NCBI GenBank assembly: GCA_029838215.1
Contig: JALGVI010000021.1
Span: 1 to 49,419 of the forward strand
Origin: Candidatus Helarchaeota archaeon
GTDB taxonomy: Archaea; Asgardarchaeota; Lokiarchaeia; Helarchaeales; RDOG01
DNA length: 49,419 bases
Direction: 5' to 3'
The notes under the pieces were generated by a model. It had not been told where the DNA came from and did not search any database. It worked only from the letters and a program-made list of their open reading frames with translations. Position 1 is the stretch's first letter. Every line of letters begins with the position of its first letter. Positions 27,399-37,274 of this stretch are shown in pieces. A program made the translations under genes and the position numbers.

Positions 27399-28367
27399 AT
27401 GGTTCCTGATGTTCCTCCCGATGATGATGAAGGGCTCGACATAGACGAAGAAGATCTTGAAGAGGAATTGGGCGATCTACTCGAAAATGATGGTTCATTC
27501 GATTCTGGAACTGAATCTGAGAAAGAAGTGGGCATCCCTGATTCCAAGCCTGCAATAGTTGGAACTGTATCTTCTTCATCTTCAGAACCATCAAGAGATG
27601 TGGAAGTGGCAACTCCTGATTCTCCAACTCAAGCAACATCTTCGGAAAACATCTCTGAATCTCCGTCGAGTTCTTCGGAACCAAGCGAATTCATTCCCTC
27701 TGCATCAAGCCTTATCCAAGAGTCGGTGGATGAAACACAAACGCCGGAATATTGGGAATCTTTACCTGCTCACGTGGAAGTAGCTTTATTCGAAGCTGGT
27801 CGGTCAATGACAGAACCCGAACTTGTTGAACTTCTTTCGAACAAGTATAGGAATCTCGACAAGAATCGAGTTAGGTGGGCACTTAGAAAAATAATGCGAG
27901 CATTAGAAGAACAGAAAAGTGCCCTAGAACTGATCAATCCAACGAAAGACAAGTGGAGTTATCAAATCCGACGTGATTTTCCTGAAGATTATATTGAAAG
28001 GCTTCGAACATTCATACCTAAAGATTATTATGTTGATAAACAAACATCTATCGTCCTTACTGAAGTGGCATATCGTCAGCCCGTTCGTTCCTCGGAGATC
28101 GTGAAAATCTTGGGACCTGACGTATATCCCATTCTGCATGCGCTTGAAGAAAAAGGGTTGATTTATGGCGAGAAAGAGAAGCAATATAACATACTTAGGA
28201 CCACGGAGAAGTTTGCTGAGTTATTTGCTTTTGATCCCGAATTGAGAAACTTGAAGATACAGCTTGTATGGCGCTTGAAGAAAATGATTAAATCAGAGTC
28301 CCAAAAAGATAGAGAGGCCCTGGAACAATTAAAACGTGATCGCGAAAAATTTGAGAAATCTTCCTGA
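27399..28367 (+). CDS. scpB: ScpB-like kite protein, paralogue 2, with an acidic, Ser/Pro-rich N-terminal disordered region
   Basis: HVEVALFEAGRSM; SIVLTEVAYRQPVRSSEI; LEEKGLI; ILRTTEKFAELF. Ends 12 nt before smc. Confidence 0.8.
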   Translation: MVPDVPPDDDEGLDIDEEDLEEELGDLLENDGSFDSGTESEKEVGIPDSKPAIVGTVSSSSSEPSRDVEVATPDSPTQATSSENISESPSSSSEPSEFIPSASSLIQESVDETQTPEYWESLPAHVEVALFEAGRSMTEPELVELLSNKYRNLDKNRVRWALRKIMRALEEQKSALELINPTKDKWSYQIRRDFPEDYIERLRTFIPKDYYVDKQTSIVLTEVAYRQPVRSSEIVKILGPDVYPILHALEEKGLIYGEKEKQYNILRTTEKFAELFAFDPELRNLKIQLVWRLKKMIKSESQKDREALEQLKRDREKFEKSS

Positions 28368-28371
28368 GGAG
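28366..28371 (+). promoter_or_regulatory. Shine-Dalgarno-like site for smc
   Basis: GAGGAG 8 nt upstream of ATG 28380. Confidence 0.5.
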
Positions 28372-28379
28372 ATGTTTAT

Positions 28380-31300
28380 ATGGTTTATATTAAATCAATT
28401 TCGATGACGGGATTCAAATCCTATGGTAAAGGCACGGTTGAACTCGTCTTTAATCCCGGTTTTACGGGGATTATCGGACCAAACGGTTCGGGCAAGAGTA
28501 ATGTAGTGGATGCCGTTTCATTTACTCTCGGTGAATTATCATCAAAGTCCATGCGTGCCAAGGATTTATCTGATCTCATTTATTCGGGAACGGGAGGCGA
28601 TGGACCTGCGGACAAGGCAATTGTCAACATCGTTTTTGACAACACGGATCATAGAATTCCACTGCCTGCGGACGAAATTGAAGTACAACGTGAAGTAAAA
28701 CGTAAAGGCGGAGGAAGCGTATACCGCCTCAATGGAAAGAGAAGCACGCGCGGAGAGATAATGGATAAACTGCGAATTGCCAACATCGATGTTCGGGAAG
28801 GATTTAACTTGGTCTTGCAAGGGCGAATTGCCGAACTGACAAACATGACAACCGAAGACAGGCGTGAAATGATCGAGGATCTCGCGGGCACGAAGGATTT
28901 CGATGAGAAACGGATAAAAGCCATTGCAGAATTGGAAAAAGCCGAAATCAAGATGGGTGAATTTCAAGTATTAATTGCGGAATCTGAAGCCGTTGTAAAG
29001 AAACTTGGAAAAGAAAAGAAAGGCGTGGAAGAATGGGAGAAAATCGTTGAAAAAATCTTCAATAATAAAACCAAACTCTATTCTTATCGGCATAAAAAAT
29101 ACGTGAACGACCTAAAAGACTTTCAAGATAAAAGCAAGGCGCATCTGGAACAAATAAAGGAAATTGAAAATGAAGAAATTAAAGCCAAACAAAAGGAGCT
29201 AAACGAGTTACAACAAAGTATACAAGGAGTCATGAGTGAGATCAAATCAAAAGAGAGCGAACTTGGGAAATTACAGGCTGAAATTACAGAGCACGTTTCG
29301 ACAATAACGGGTACAAAAAGAGACATCGCGCATCGTCGCCGGAGAAATGCTGAAATGGAAAAAGAAATTCATAACATCACTCGCAAGATTGAAGAAGTCA
29401 AGGACCTTCAAAAACGAACAAAAGGAGAAATAGATTCAATCGAGGTAAAAATTGAAGAAATAACTGGAAAAAAGACCGAAAAAGTAAAAGAACAAGAACA
29501 ATTAAATGCATTAATTAAAAAATCCGAATCACAGTATCGAAGTCTTCAGCAACGAGCCAACGAGCTCCAAGAACAAATTAATAACCATAAAAAGAAATTA
29601 AATACCATTGGATTGCAGCAATCCATGAAGCAGTCCAACATTGAAATCAAGTCCGGGCAATATCAAGCAAAAAAAAGTGAATTAGAAGCCCGGAAACGTG
29701 CATTTTCTACAATTGAAGATGAAATCACGTCAATTAAAAATGAAATTGATCAATCACGTGAATTACTCGCGGTGGCAGAACAGAGGGTTAAAGATTCCGA
29801 ATTGAAAAAAGACGATTACGAACGCAGGCTTGATGAAATCACTGCAAGGCGCTCCGAATTGCAGCGACTGGTGTCGGGAACAGAAGCCCGAATTGAGACA
29901 TTAGAATCTTTCATGGATGAATCTTCAAACCCTGTTGTCGAAAAAATATCCGAGTTAAAAAAATCTAGGGAAATAAAGGGTATTTTGGGCAGGTTCGGAG
30001 ACCTCATCTCATTCGATGTAATGAAGCCCGAAGAAAAATCTGCAGTAGTTCCGTTTCTCAATACCATTGTCGTGGATTCCACGCTTACTGCTCAGGAATG
30101 CATTCAGTATCTTCGAGATAATCAAATTGGTTATGGAACGTTCATTCCACTCGAGGAATTATCTGAATTGGCATTTGAAAAGGAACCTTCGTATGAATTC
30201 CTTCAGAGCCTTGATAAAAAACTTCAAAAACCGCTTTCAATCATTTTCCAAAATGTCCAAACGGCTGAAAGCCTCAGGTCTGCCATTAACCAATTCATTC
30301 AGAATATTGAAAATGACATTCTGGGCGTGGAATTCTATACACCTGAAGGAGATAAGATTTCAGGTCAAGGCATCATTTCGGGTGGTGCCAGTTCTGAAAG
30401 CAATGAAATGTTGATAGCCGACCTGAAACAGAAGCTTCAAGAGCAACAGGCTCAACTTGAAACCATCAATCAAGAATTTGAAGTTAATAAATTAAAGCAC
30501 CGACGGCTCATCGAGTTGGTCACTGAGGTTAACAAAAAAACGGAAAACGTGAGACAAAACATACGAAATAAAGAAGAACGCCTTGCAGATTTAGAGAAAA
30601 GAAAGAAAGATGATGCTTTTTTCATTGAAAAAACAGAGCGCGAAGTTTCAAGCCTCGAAGCTGAATTAGACGCAACAAAGACCGTAGTTGCAAACCTCCA
30701 ATCTGAAGGTGATGAAGTTGCCACGAAATTGCATACTGTCGAAGAAGAACATCTCGAGATTGTTGCAGAAATGGAGAAAATAAATTACAATAAATTACTA
30801 GATGATGTCCGTAAGGTCGAAAAGGTGCTTTCTGGGCTTGAGATTCTGCTTTCCAAGCATGAAGCAACGAAAAATGAAAAAGAACATCAAATTAACATCA
30901 TCCTTGCAGATCAAATTAAAGATAACGAGACAAAAGTCAAGAATCTAAGAAAAGCAATCGAATCATTCACGGAAGAAATTGGAAAGCTCACCGATGAGCA
31001 ATCCAAGTTTGAAAAGTTGGTTGAAGAAAAACGTGCCAAGGAAGAGAAAATTAAAGAAGAAATAAGTGCATTGAAAGAAAGCATTGCATCAAAAAATTCC
31101 GAAATTGAAGCAAAACGTCGCGAAATCTCTACGTTGCATCGAAAAATTGATCGAATCAGGCAGGAAATAAATGAAATCAAGGTCAAACAAGAAGGAATCA
31201 GGACTAAACTCACGGAAACCCAACAACGAATAGAAGAGGAAGATATAGACATCATTGATGTCGAAGAAAAAATTGACGAACGAAAACTCGAAAATATCAT

Positions 31301-31949
31301 TAAAGATTTGACCGAAAAGAAGCGTTCACTTGAACCAATTAATGCTCTTGCTATAAAGCAATATTATGAAGCAGAAAATCGTTTAAAAGAATTGACCGAG
31401 AAAAAAGAAGCTCTCGATGAAGAACGCAAGATAATTGTAGACTTCATCAACAAGATCGAATACGAAAAAACAAACGTTTTTCTCGAGATTTTCAATAAAA
31501 TCAACAAGGAATTCAACCGAATGTTCAACATGATTGCTGGCGGCAAGGCATGGTTGGAATTGGAAAATAAGGAAAAACCCTTTGAAGGCGGCGTGACCAT
31601 AAACGCTCAACCACACGGCAAAAAGGTAAAGTCCATACAGTCAATGTCCGGAGGCGAGAAATCCCTGACCGCACTTGCCCTCATCTTTGCAATGCAAAAA
31701 GTGGACCCGAGTCCATTCTACCTCTTCGATGAAATTGATGCCGCATTGGATGTCATGAACGTGCGAAACGTCGCAAAAGTCATCGAAAAAATGAGCAAGG
31801 AATGCCAATGCATCATGATCACGCACCGCGATATTGCAATGCGTTATGCAAATCAATTATACGGCGTTACAAATCGAAAGGGAATATCTAAAGTCATTTC
31901 GGTGGAACTTTCCGATGAGGGAAGCTTGAAGGCATTTTCATCCGAATGA
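28380..31949 (+). CDS. smc: Chromosome segregation protein SMC (1189 aa)
   Basis: Walker A GPNGSGKSN, Q-loop LVLQG, two long coiled coils, hinge with GX6GX3GG, signature MSGGEKS, Walker B/D-loop YLFDEIDAALD. Confidence 0.97.
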   Translation: MVYIKSISMTGFKSYGKGTVELVFNPGFTGIIGPNGSGKSNVVDAVSFTLGELSSKSMRAKDLSDLIYSGTGGDGPADKAIVNIVFDNTDHRIPLPADEIEVQREVKRKGGGSVYRLNGKRSTRGEIMDKLRIANIDVREGFNLVLQGRIAELTNMTTEDRREMIEDLAGTKDFDEKRIKAIAELEKAEIKMGEFQVLIAESEAVVKKLGKEKKGVEEWEKIVEKIFNNKTKLYSYRHKKYVNDLKDFQDKSKAHLEQIKEIENEEIKAKQKELNELQQSIQGVMSEIKSKESELGKLQAEITEHVSTITGTKRDIAHRRRRNAEMEKEIHNITRKIEEVKDLQKRTKGEIDSIEVKIEEITGKKTEKVKEQEQLNALIKKSESQYRSLQQRANELQEQINNHKKKLNTIGLQQSMKQSNIEIKSGQYQAKKSELEARKRAFSTIEDEITSIKNEIDQSRELLAVAEQRVKDSELKKDDYERRLDEITARRSELQRLVSGTEARIETLESFMDESSNPVVEKISELKKSREIKGILGRFGDLISFDVMKPEEKSAVVPFLNTIVVDSTLTAQECIQYLRDNQIGYGTFIPLEELSELAFEKEPSYEFLQSLDKKLQKPLSIIFQNVQTAESLRSAINQFIQNIENDILGVEFYTPEGDKISGQGIISGGASSESNEMLIADLKQKLQEQQAQLETINQEFEVNKLKHRRLIELVTEVNKKTENVRQNIRNKEERLADLEKRKKDDAFFIEKTEREVSSLEAELDATKTVVANLQSEGDEVATKLHTVEEEHLEIVAEMEKINYNKLLDDVRKVEKVLSGLEILLSKHEATKNEKEHQINIILADQIKDNETKVKNLRKAIESFTEEIGKLTDEQSKFEKLVEEKRAKEEKIKEEISALKESIASKNSEIEAKRREISTLHRKIDRIRQEINEIKVKQEGIRTKLTETQQRIEEEDIDIIDVEEKIDERKLENIIKDLTEKKRSLEPINALAIKQYYEAENRLKELTEKKEALDEERKIIVDFINKIEYEKTNVFLEIFNKINKEFNRMFNMIAGGKAWLELENKEKPFEGGVTINAQPHGKKVKSIQSMSGGEKSLTALALIFAMQKVDPSPFYLFDEIDAALDVMNVRNVAKVIEKMSKECQCIMITHRDIAMRYANQLYGVTNRKGISKVISVELSDEGSLKAFSSE

Positions 31950-31980
31950 TTTTTTTCATCAACGTTATTTTTTATTTGAA
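31950..31980. terminator. Possible oligo(T) terminator region between convergent smc and the URO-D-like gene
   Basis: T7 at 31950-31956 immediately after the smc stop, then a further T-rich tract. Confidence 0.35.
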
Positions 31981-31982
31981 AT

Positions 31983-33020
31983 TTAATTAATGAGTGTTCC
32001 AAATCGCTTGTATGCCTTGGTAACGGCCGCCATGTTTTCTGGTGGAAAATGAAGTGCATTTATATCCGCATAAGTCGTTCCGACAAGTCCACCATTAAAT
32101 TTCCCCAGTTTTTTAATCATTTGGAGAACTTCTGCTTCAACTTCATCTGGAGTTTTATAAGGAATGACTCTTTGGATGTCTGCCACGCACATGTAGGCGA
32201 TTTTTCCACCAAACTCCGCCAAACGGTTCAATCCAGTCATTCTCGGCGAATCTAATTGAAGACAATCAATTCCTGATTCAATGAAGGATGGAATGAGCGA
32301 ATATATATTTCCGCAGCTATGCAAGATGAAGAGCATGTCGTTTTCATGAAGACGCTCGGCAACACGGCTGTAAAGCGGCATGAAAACTTTTTTAAAATCT
32401 CGAGGAGAAATGAACGTTCCTGTTGATGTTCCCCAATCGTCTGTCGTTATGATACCATCACAGCCAATTTTTGCCCATTGATCCACGATCCAACAATACC
32501 AGTCGCCGAGCATATCACCCAGTTCGAGTAATTTTTCAGGATATCTTTTGATATCAATTAAGATTTCATGGAAACCACGTAAAAAATGCATTCTTTCGAA
32601 ATAAAAATTGTCTAGAAAACCTAATCTAAATTTATGCTTTCCAAATAAACGGAAGAGAAATTTTCCCAACCAAAAGCGACCTGTTGTCTTCTTGGTGGGC
32701 GTCTTCAAATCTTTTAGATCATCCCACGTTTTTAAAACACGCGGTGCAACGACCTGACCAACCGTTTCATTGCCGGGATTATACCAAAAACTCCCAAATT
32801 CATCTTCATACCAAATTTCATTTTTTTGAATCCAATTGAATATGTAACTCACAATGGAGCGTTTACGACCTCTCTTTGGCTTCCATCGCCAATATGGATC
32901 AATCACGCCTGCAACGATATCAGAATCATATGGTTGAGTGGGTTGGAAGTACGGAACTCGGTCCGGCTTTTTACACTTGATGGCCCGTATTACTAATTCT
33001 CGTGAGTCCATTAGATTCAC
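31983..33020 (-). CDS. Uroporphyrinogen decarboxylase-like (URO-D/MtaA-CmuA superfamily) protein
   Basis: FERMHFLRG, TTDDWG, FILHSCGNI, GIDCLQL and ADIQ are motifs typical of URO-D-like TIM-barrel paralogues. Confidence 0.75.
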   Translation of the reverse strand: MNLMDSRELVIRAIKCKKPDRVPYFQPTQPYDSDIVAGVIDPYWRWKPKRGRKRSIVSYIFNWIQKNEIWYEDEFGSFWYNPGNETVGQVVAPRVLKTWDDLKDLKTPTKKTTGRFWLGKFLFRLFGKHKFRLGFLDNFYFERMHFLRGFHEILIDIKRYPEKLLELGDMLGDWYCWIVDQWAKIGCDGIITTDDWGTSTGTFISPRDFKKVFMPLYSRVAERLHENDMLFILHSCGNIYSLIPSFIESGIDCLQLDSPRMTGLNRLAEFGGKIAYMCVADIQRVIPYKTPDEVEAEVLQMIKKLGKFNGGLVGTTYADINALHFPPENMAAVTKAYKRFGTLIN

Positions 33021-33172
33021 CGACTTATTGAACTGGATAAATCATCCTGTGCAAAAAAATCTGTTTCTCTAATATTTAAATCTGTCATTGGCTTGAAAAA
33101 TATTTTACTGGTTTGCAGGATAATCGTGAATCGAATAGTCAAGAAAAAGTGAAGATAAAAATGAAATATCAT

Positions 33173-34348
33173 TCACTTGAAATGTGTTCTAATTCTGTCT
33201 GCTGCCTCTTTCACCTTTTCAAGTGGGGCAACCATTGCAAACCTGATGAAGCCTTCGCCAGGGTTTACACCATCTATTTCTTTTGAAATCCATGCTCCCG
33301 GCGTGGTCACGATGGCCAAGTTTTTCGATAATAGTTTTTTTGCAAAGTCCAAAGAACTTTCGCCGGGTCTTCCTTTCTGCCATAGATAGAATGTTGCCTT
33401 TGGAGGCTGAACAATCAAGCCGACGTCGCTCAGTGCAGCGCATAACACATCGAACTTTTTCTTATACTTGATTCTCATTTCTTGCACGTGAGTTTCATCT
33501 TGAAGGGCGGCGATTGCGGCGTCTTGAACGATCCACGGGGTTCCTGAATCGATGTTTGTCTTGACCTTTTTGAAAATTGAAATTATTTCCTCATCGCCGG
33601 TTATCCATCCCACGCGGTATGCCGTCATGTTGCTTCTTTTTGAAAGCGAATATACTGAAACCACGCCTTCTCTCGAGAATTCCAAGATACTTCGAGGTGG
33701 ATTTTCATAGTAAATGTCTGCATAGACCTCGTCTGAAGCAATTATGATGTTGTTATCGTGTCCGAAATCAATAACTCGCTTGAAGAAATCATCCGTTGCA
33801 ACAGCACCTGTTGGATTTGAAGGATAATTTATCCATAAAATCTTGGCTTTTTTGATGATCTCTTTATCTATTGCTTCTAAATCAATCAAAAAATCATTTT
33901 CTTCAAGAAGCGGCAGGTAGACAGGACGACCACCTGCAAATATGGCTCCCCGTGACGCAGGCGGATAACCCGGATTTGGACACAGGACTATATCTCCAGG
34001 ATTTACAAATCCCTGTGCAAAATTGAACACGCATTCTTTTCCACCCAATGAAGAACAGATCTCTTTCTCGGGATCAAGGGATATTTTAAATCGTTTTTGA
34101 ACCCATTCAGCGATGGCAGTTCGATATTCTTTAGAACCCACGTAATCAGGGTATCCCGAAGTTTTTCGCTCATCAACCGATCGTTTGACTGCGTCTCGAA
34201 TGAAATCAGGAGTTGGGTCTTGCGGATCACCCACTCCAAAGTCAATGGGTTCAATCCCTTCGGCACGAAGCTTCGCAACCATTTTATCAACTTCGGCGAA
34301 AGCATAGGAACCAATTGATTGGACTTTTTGACTCGGTTCGACCTTCAA
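33173..34348 (-). CDS. dapL: Class I/II PLP aminotransferase, LL-diaminopimelate aminotransferase-like
   Basis: FGVGDP, NYPSNPTG, SDEVY, SLSKRSNMTAYRVG (PLP lysine), VKTNIDSG, PKATFYLW. Substrate not proven. Confidence 0.65.
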   Translation of the reverse strand: MKVEPSQKVQSIGSYAFAEVDKMVAKLRAEGIEPIDFGVGDPQDPTPDFIRDAVKRSVDERKTSGYPDYVGSKEYRTAIAEWVQKRFKISLDPEKEICSSLGGKECVFNFAQGFVNPGDIVLCPNPGYPPASRGAIFAGGRPVYLPLLEENDFLIDLEAIDKEIIKKAKILWINYPSNPTGAVATDDFFKRVIDFGHDNNIIIASDEVYADIYYENPPRSILEFSREGVVSVYSLSKRSNMTAYRVGWITGDEEIISIFKKVKTNIDSGTPWIVQDAAIAALQDETHVQEMRIKYKKKFDVLCAALSDVGLIVQPPKATFYLWQKGRPGESSLDFAKKLLSKNLAIVTTPGAWISKEIDGVNPGEGFIRFAMVAPLEKVKEAADRIRTHFK

Positions 34349-34551
34349 AGATCATCCACCAACATATCGTGCTTGAAATTTTCATCGTTTAAAGATTTGT
34401 GAACTGATGGTTCTCACCAGCTCTTAAAAAAGTTCTGTGAGATTTTTGGCATGAAAATCGTTTTAAACGCTTTTTTCTATCCAAGAATTATTACCTGACT
34501 GAATAAAAAAAGAAATATTTGAAACATTAGTTAAAAAATGGTCAAGAGCTT

Positions 34552-35301
34552 TTACTTCATGTATTGATGCTGGTCGCGAGTGAGTTTTTCGGGAACATCT
34601 TCTCCAGAATTGACTATTTCTAATCGATAATTCACGCCCACGCGTCTTCCGCCGTCTACATAACCAACCCTTGCAATGCTCCTTGCTTGTCGCTCTGCTG
34701 TTCGACGTTCTACAAGATTCGGTTCGAGTTCACAATTCAAGATCCATCGAGCATTTGGTTGATCTAGCTCCAAATAACATCCAACGGCAGGTTTCGACAT
34801 GACTCGTATGAAATTCTTGTTGGAATAATGAAGAATCAATTGGGTCGTTGATCCAGCTCCCCTTGATGGCGGTCCTTTCAAGGATGTTTTTTGCTGTTCG
34901 CCATAGATCCTTTTCGTGCTTTCTAACTCACGTTCATATCGTTCAATGAGAGATGAATTCTTAAATTCCAATTCCTTGATCCTGTCTTCTAATTCCTTGA
35001 TTTTTTCGTCTTTTGAAGCTATCAAGTTTTTCTTGTCGGTTAGATCCGCCTCAACCTGTTTCAAGCGTTCTGCCTTTTGTTTGGCTTCCTCATGAATCCT
35101 TTCCATCTGTTTTATGGATTTCTCTAGGCGGACGATTCGATCTTCCTTCTCTTTTATTGTTTCCTGCATTCGCTGGAATTTCTTTTCCACCTTTTCTTGA
35201 TCAAGGAGCTTTGCCTGCAATTCGTCAATCTTCTTTTGATACATGTCCTTGATTCGTTCGATTTCTTCTTCCAGCGATTTCGTTAAATCTTCCATGCTCA
35301 T
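34552..35301 (-). CDS. Coiled-coil protein with a small C-terminal globular domain of unknown function
   Basis: About 130 aa of E/K/Q/L heptads, then LHYSNKNFIRV...ERRTAERQARSIARVGY...RVGVNYRLE. Start moved from the ORF-track TTG 35388 to ATG 35301 (MSMEDL), which has AAGGAG upstream. Confidence 0.7.
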   Translation of the reverse strand: MSMEDLTKSLEEEIERIKDMYQKKIDELQAKLLDQEKVEKKFQRMQETIKEKEDRIVRLEKSIKQMERIHEEAKQKAERLKQVEADLTDKKNLIASKDEKIKELEDRIKELEFKNSSLIERYERELESTKRIYGEQQKTSLKGPPSRGAGSTTQLILHYSNKNFIRVMSKPAVGCYLELDQPNARWILNCELEPNLVERRTAERQARSIARVGYVDGGRRVGVNYRLEIVNSGEDVPEKLTRDQHQYMK

Positions 35302-35476
35302 CCTTATAATCAATCTCCTTTCAATTTCATGTTCTTTTGAAGAAACACGAGTATTAGCATGATTAATATTGATCGATAAACAAAGCAAGTCTGTTTATGA
35401 TCAATGATATATCATTTTAATAAAAGTCGCCACCATTTTAATTTAGCTATAATCTGGAATCAAGTGGTTTGTTATC

Positions 35477-36187
35477 ATGGATATCATCCTTTTCGGGACG
35501 TATGTTTTTGCTATTATCTCGTTATCGGTGATCATTTCGATAATCGTGCTGGCTTGGCGGGATTATTTCCCAAGGCGTTGGATCATTTTTATTTCTGCCA
35601 CCTTTATCTTGATGATCGTTGGTTTATGTTTTCTTTTGGGTTCCGAATTAGTAGCTCCTTACAATTCTTTTTTTTATTTGAATCCTTTTCTGTATCTCAT
35701 ATATCTTAGTTTTTTGGGCGGTTCTTTGTTTTCGGTATATCTTTTAGCCCACGAAATTTATTTCGATTTCAGCCAGATAGTCAGGATCATTGGCATCATT
35801 GCGTTTTCTTTGATGGTCCTCCTTCTTATCATTAGCGGCATCCTTTTATTAATTCCATTTAATACCACATATCCCTGGACCGCTTACGTGTCTATCGAGA
35901 TCGTTTATGGGTTGGGAATTTCAAGTTATGCACTAATTGCTGCAGGGAGTTTTAGAGATGCAAGTTCAAAGCGACTGGAGAAAAAATATCGTCGCGGACT
36001 CATTCTCATTGGAATTTTTGCAACAGGGATTGCGAGCGCACTTATCTGGGTTTCAATGGGTGCTTTTTATGCGAATTATTCAATGCCGCTACATCCATAT
36101 ATTACAGAATTTTGGTTGCTTTGGCTCGTATTCGTAGATATATTATACATGTTTTTCGTTCGAGCGGCAGCCAATGTCATTGCTTGA
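35477..36187 (+). CDS. Polytopic membrane protein of unknown function (about 7 TM segments)
   Basis: 236 aa of alternating hydrophobic stretches; overlaps the 3' end of the convergent radical SAM gene by 11 nt. Confidence 0.7.
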   Translation: MDIILFGTYVFAIISLSVIISIIVLAWRDYFPRRWIIFISATFILMIVGLCFLLGSELVAPYNSFFYLNPFLYLIYLSFLGGSLFSVYLLAHEIYFDFSQIVRIIGIIAFSLMVLLLIISGILLLIPFNTTYPWTAYVSIEIVYGLGISSYALIAAGSFRDASSKRLEKKYRRGLILIGIFATGIASALIWVSMGAFYANYSMPLHPYITEFWLLWLVFVDILYMFFVRAAANVIA

Positions 36188-37265
36188 AGACCGTCTCAGG
36201 AGCTTTCGGATTATACGGACATTTCGGATCTGATGCCGTGATGTCACCTGCATAGCAATAGGCACTCGCCCTGCATCCATAACAGACATGCCTGGACATG
36301 CAGGAACCGCAAGGTCCTTTGACCTTAAACTTGAGAAGAAGCTTTTTCTTATTCTTCTTGACTATTTTCACTATGTCTTCTCGGTAGATATTACCTGCCG
36401 ACATGTCACGGAATAATAAGCACGGGATGACTTCTCCATCAGCCGTGATCGCAATGTGGGATTGGCAAGCGTATTTGCCATCTGCCGTTCCAACAAGAAG
36501 CATGTGCTTGCCTTCAACTTCGGCTCTATGTTCTATGAATCTCTTGAGCTGAGAAAGCCTCGGCTCCCATCTTGCCGCCTCATCTTCAGATAGACCAATC
36601 GGCTTGAAAGGTGCCAATGCGACATGAGGCGTTCCTATTGAGTAAAACCAGTCCATCAATTCAATGATGGTTTCCCCTGTCTGTTTCGTGAAAGTGGGCG
36701 TGGCATATGTGTACTTCACGGGAAATCCCGCATCAAGCAAGGTTTGAAATCCTTTTATCTTGGCTTGCAAGGTATTTGGGAAGCAATTTACCGTGTTATA
36801 AACATCCTGATCAAGCGAATCAATGTGAATGCCAACAAAAAACCCCAAATCTTTTGACAGGGCGAATTCGTGAGCTTCAACCAACCACTCAGCATGATTC
36901 GCAGGAATTAAACCCGCAAGAGGCATGGCAAGGTGAAAGCCCTTTTCAAGTCCGTGAAATACCATTTCCTTGAGATCGGGATGTAGAAGTTGATCTCCAC
37001 CGTACAGGTAAACGAATTTTACTCCAAGCTTTGAGATGCGAAGAATGTTCTTGAACGTGTCAAAACTAATGTCATCGATGCCCAGTTCATCCTGACTCGT
37101 GGAGCTTGCATAGCAATACAAGCAGCCACCTGCACAACGCTTGTTGATCTCGATTGTAACACAAACAGGGTCCCCACGGGTCATTACCTTGATGAGCTCC
37201 TTCCTAGACCAAATGTCAATCGGTGGGTTTTCTCTGCTTTGGTGTTTCCTGTTGAGGATCATCAA
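36177..37265 (-). CDS. Radical SAM protein with a SPASM domain (NirJ/AhbC-D/PqqE-like)
   Basis: CAGGCLYC (Cx3Cx2C); C-terminal CQ...GEVIPC...CGSC...CYGCRASAY...DPKC. Confidence 0.9.
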   Translation of the reverse strand: MMILNRKHQSRENPPIDIWSRKELIKVMTRGDPVCVTIEINKRCAGGCLYCYASSTSQDELGIDDISFDTFKNILRISKLGVKFVYLYGGDQLLHPDLKEMVFHGLEKGFHLAMPLAGLIPANHAEWLVEAHEFALSKDLGFFVGIHIDSLDQDVYNTVNCFPNTLQAKIKGFQTLLDAGFPVKYTYATPTFTKQTGETIIELMDWFYSIGTPHVALAPFKPIGLSEDEAARWEPRLSQLKRFIEHRAEVEGKHMLLVGTADGKYACQSHIAITADGEVIPCLLFRDMSAGNIYREDIVKIVKKNKKKLLLKFKVKGPCGSCMSRHVCYGCRASAYCYAGDITASDPKCPYNPKAPETVFKQ

Positions 37266-37274
37266 AAAACCTTC

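Noticed and set aside
23338-31949. Wadjet (JetABCD) or MksBEFG anti-plasmid system
   Set aside because: No JetD/MksG Toprim nuclease is present, and the SMC has the length and motifs of canonical Smc rather than MksB/JetC.
31983-33020. True hemE (uroporphyrinogen decarboxylase) forming a heme pathway with the radical SAM gene
   Set aside because: The HemE N-terminal RQAGRY motif is not seen and the genes are separated by unrelated ORFs; only superfamily membership is supported.
34552-34900. Possible relation of the C-terminal head to Asgard actin regulators (gelsolin-like)
   Set aside because: No gelsolin core motif could be identified by eye; a profile search would be needed.
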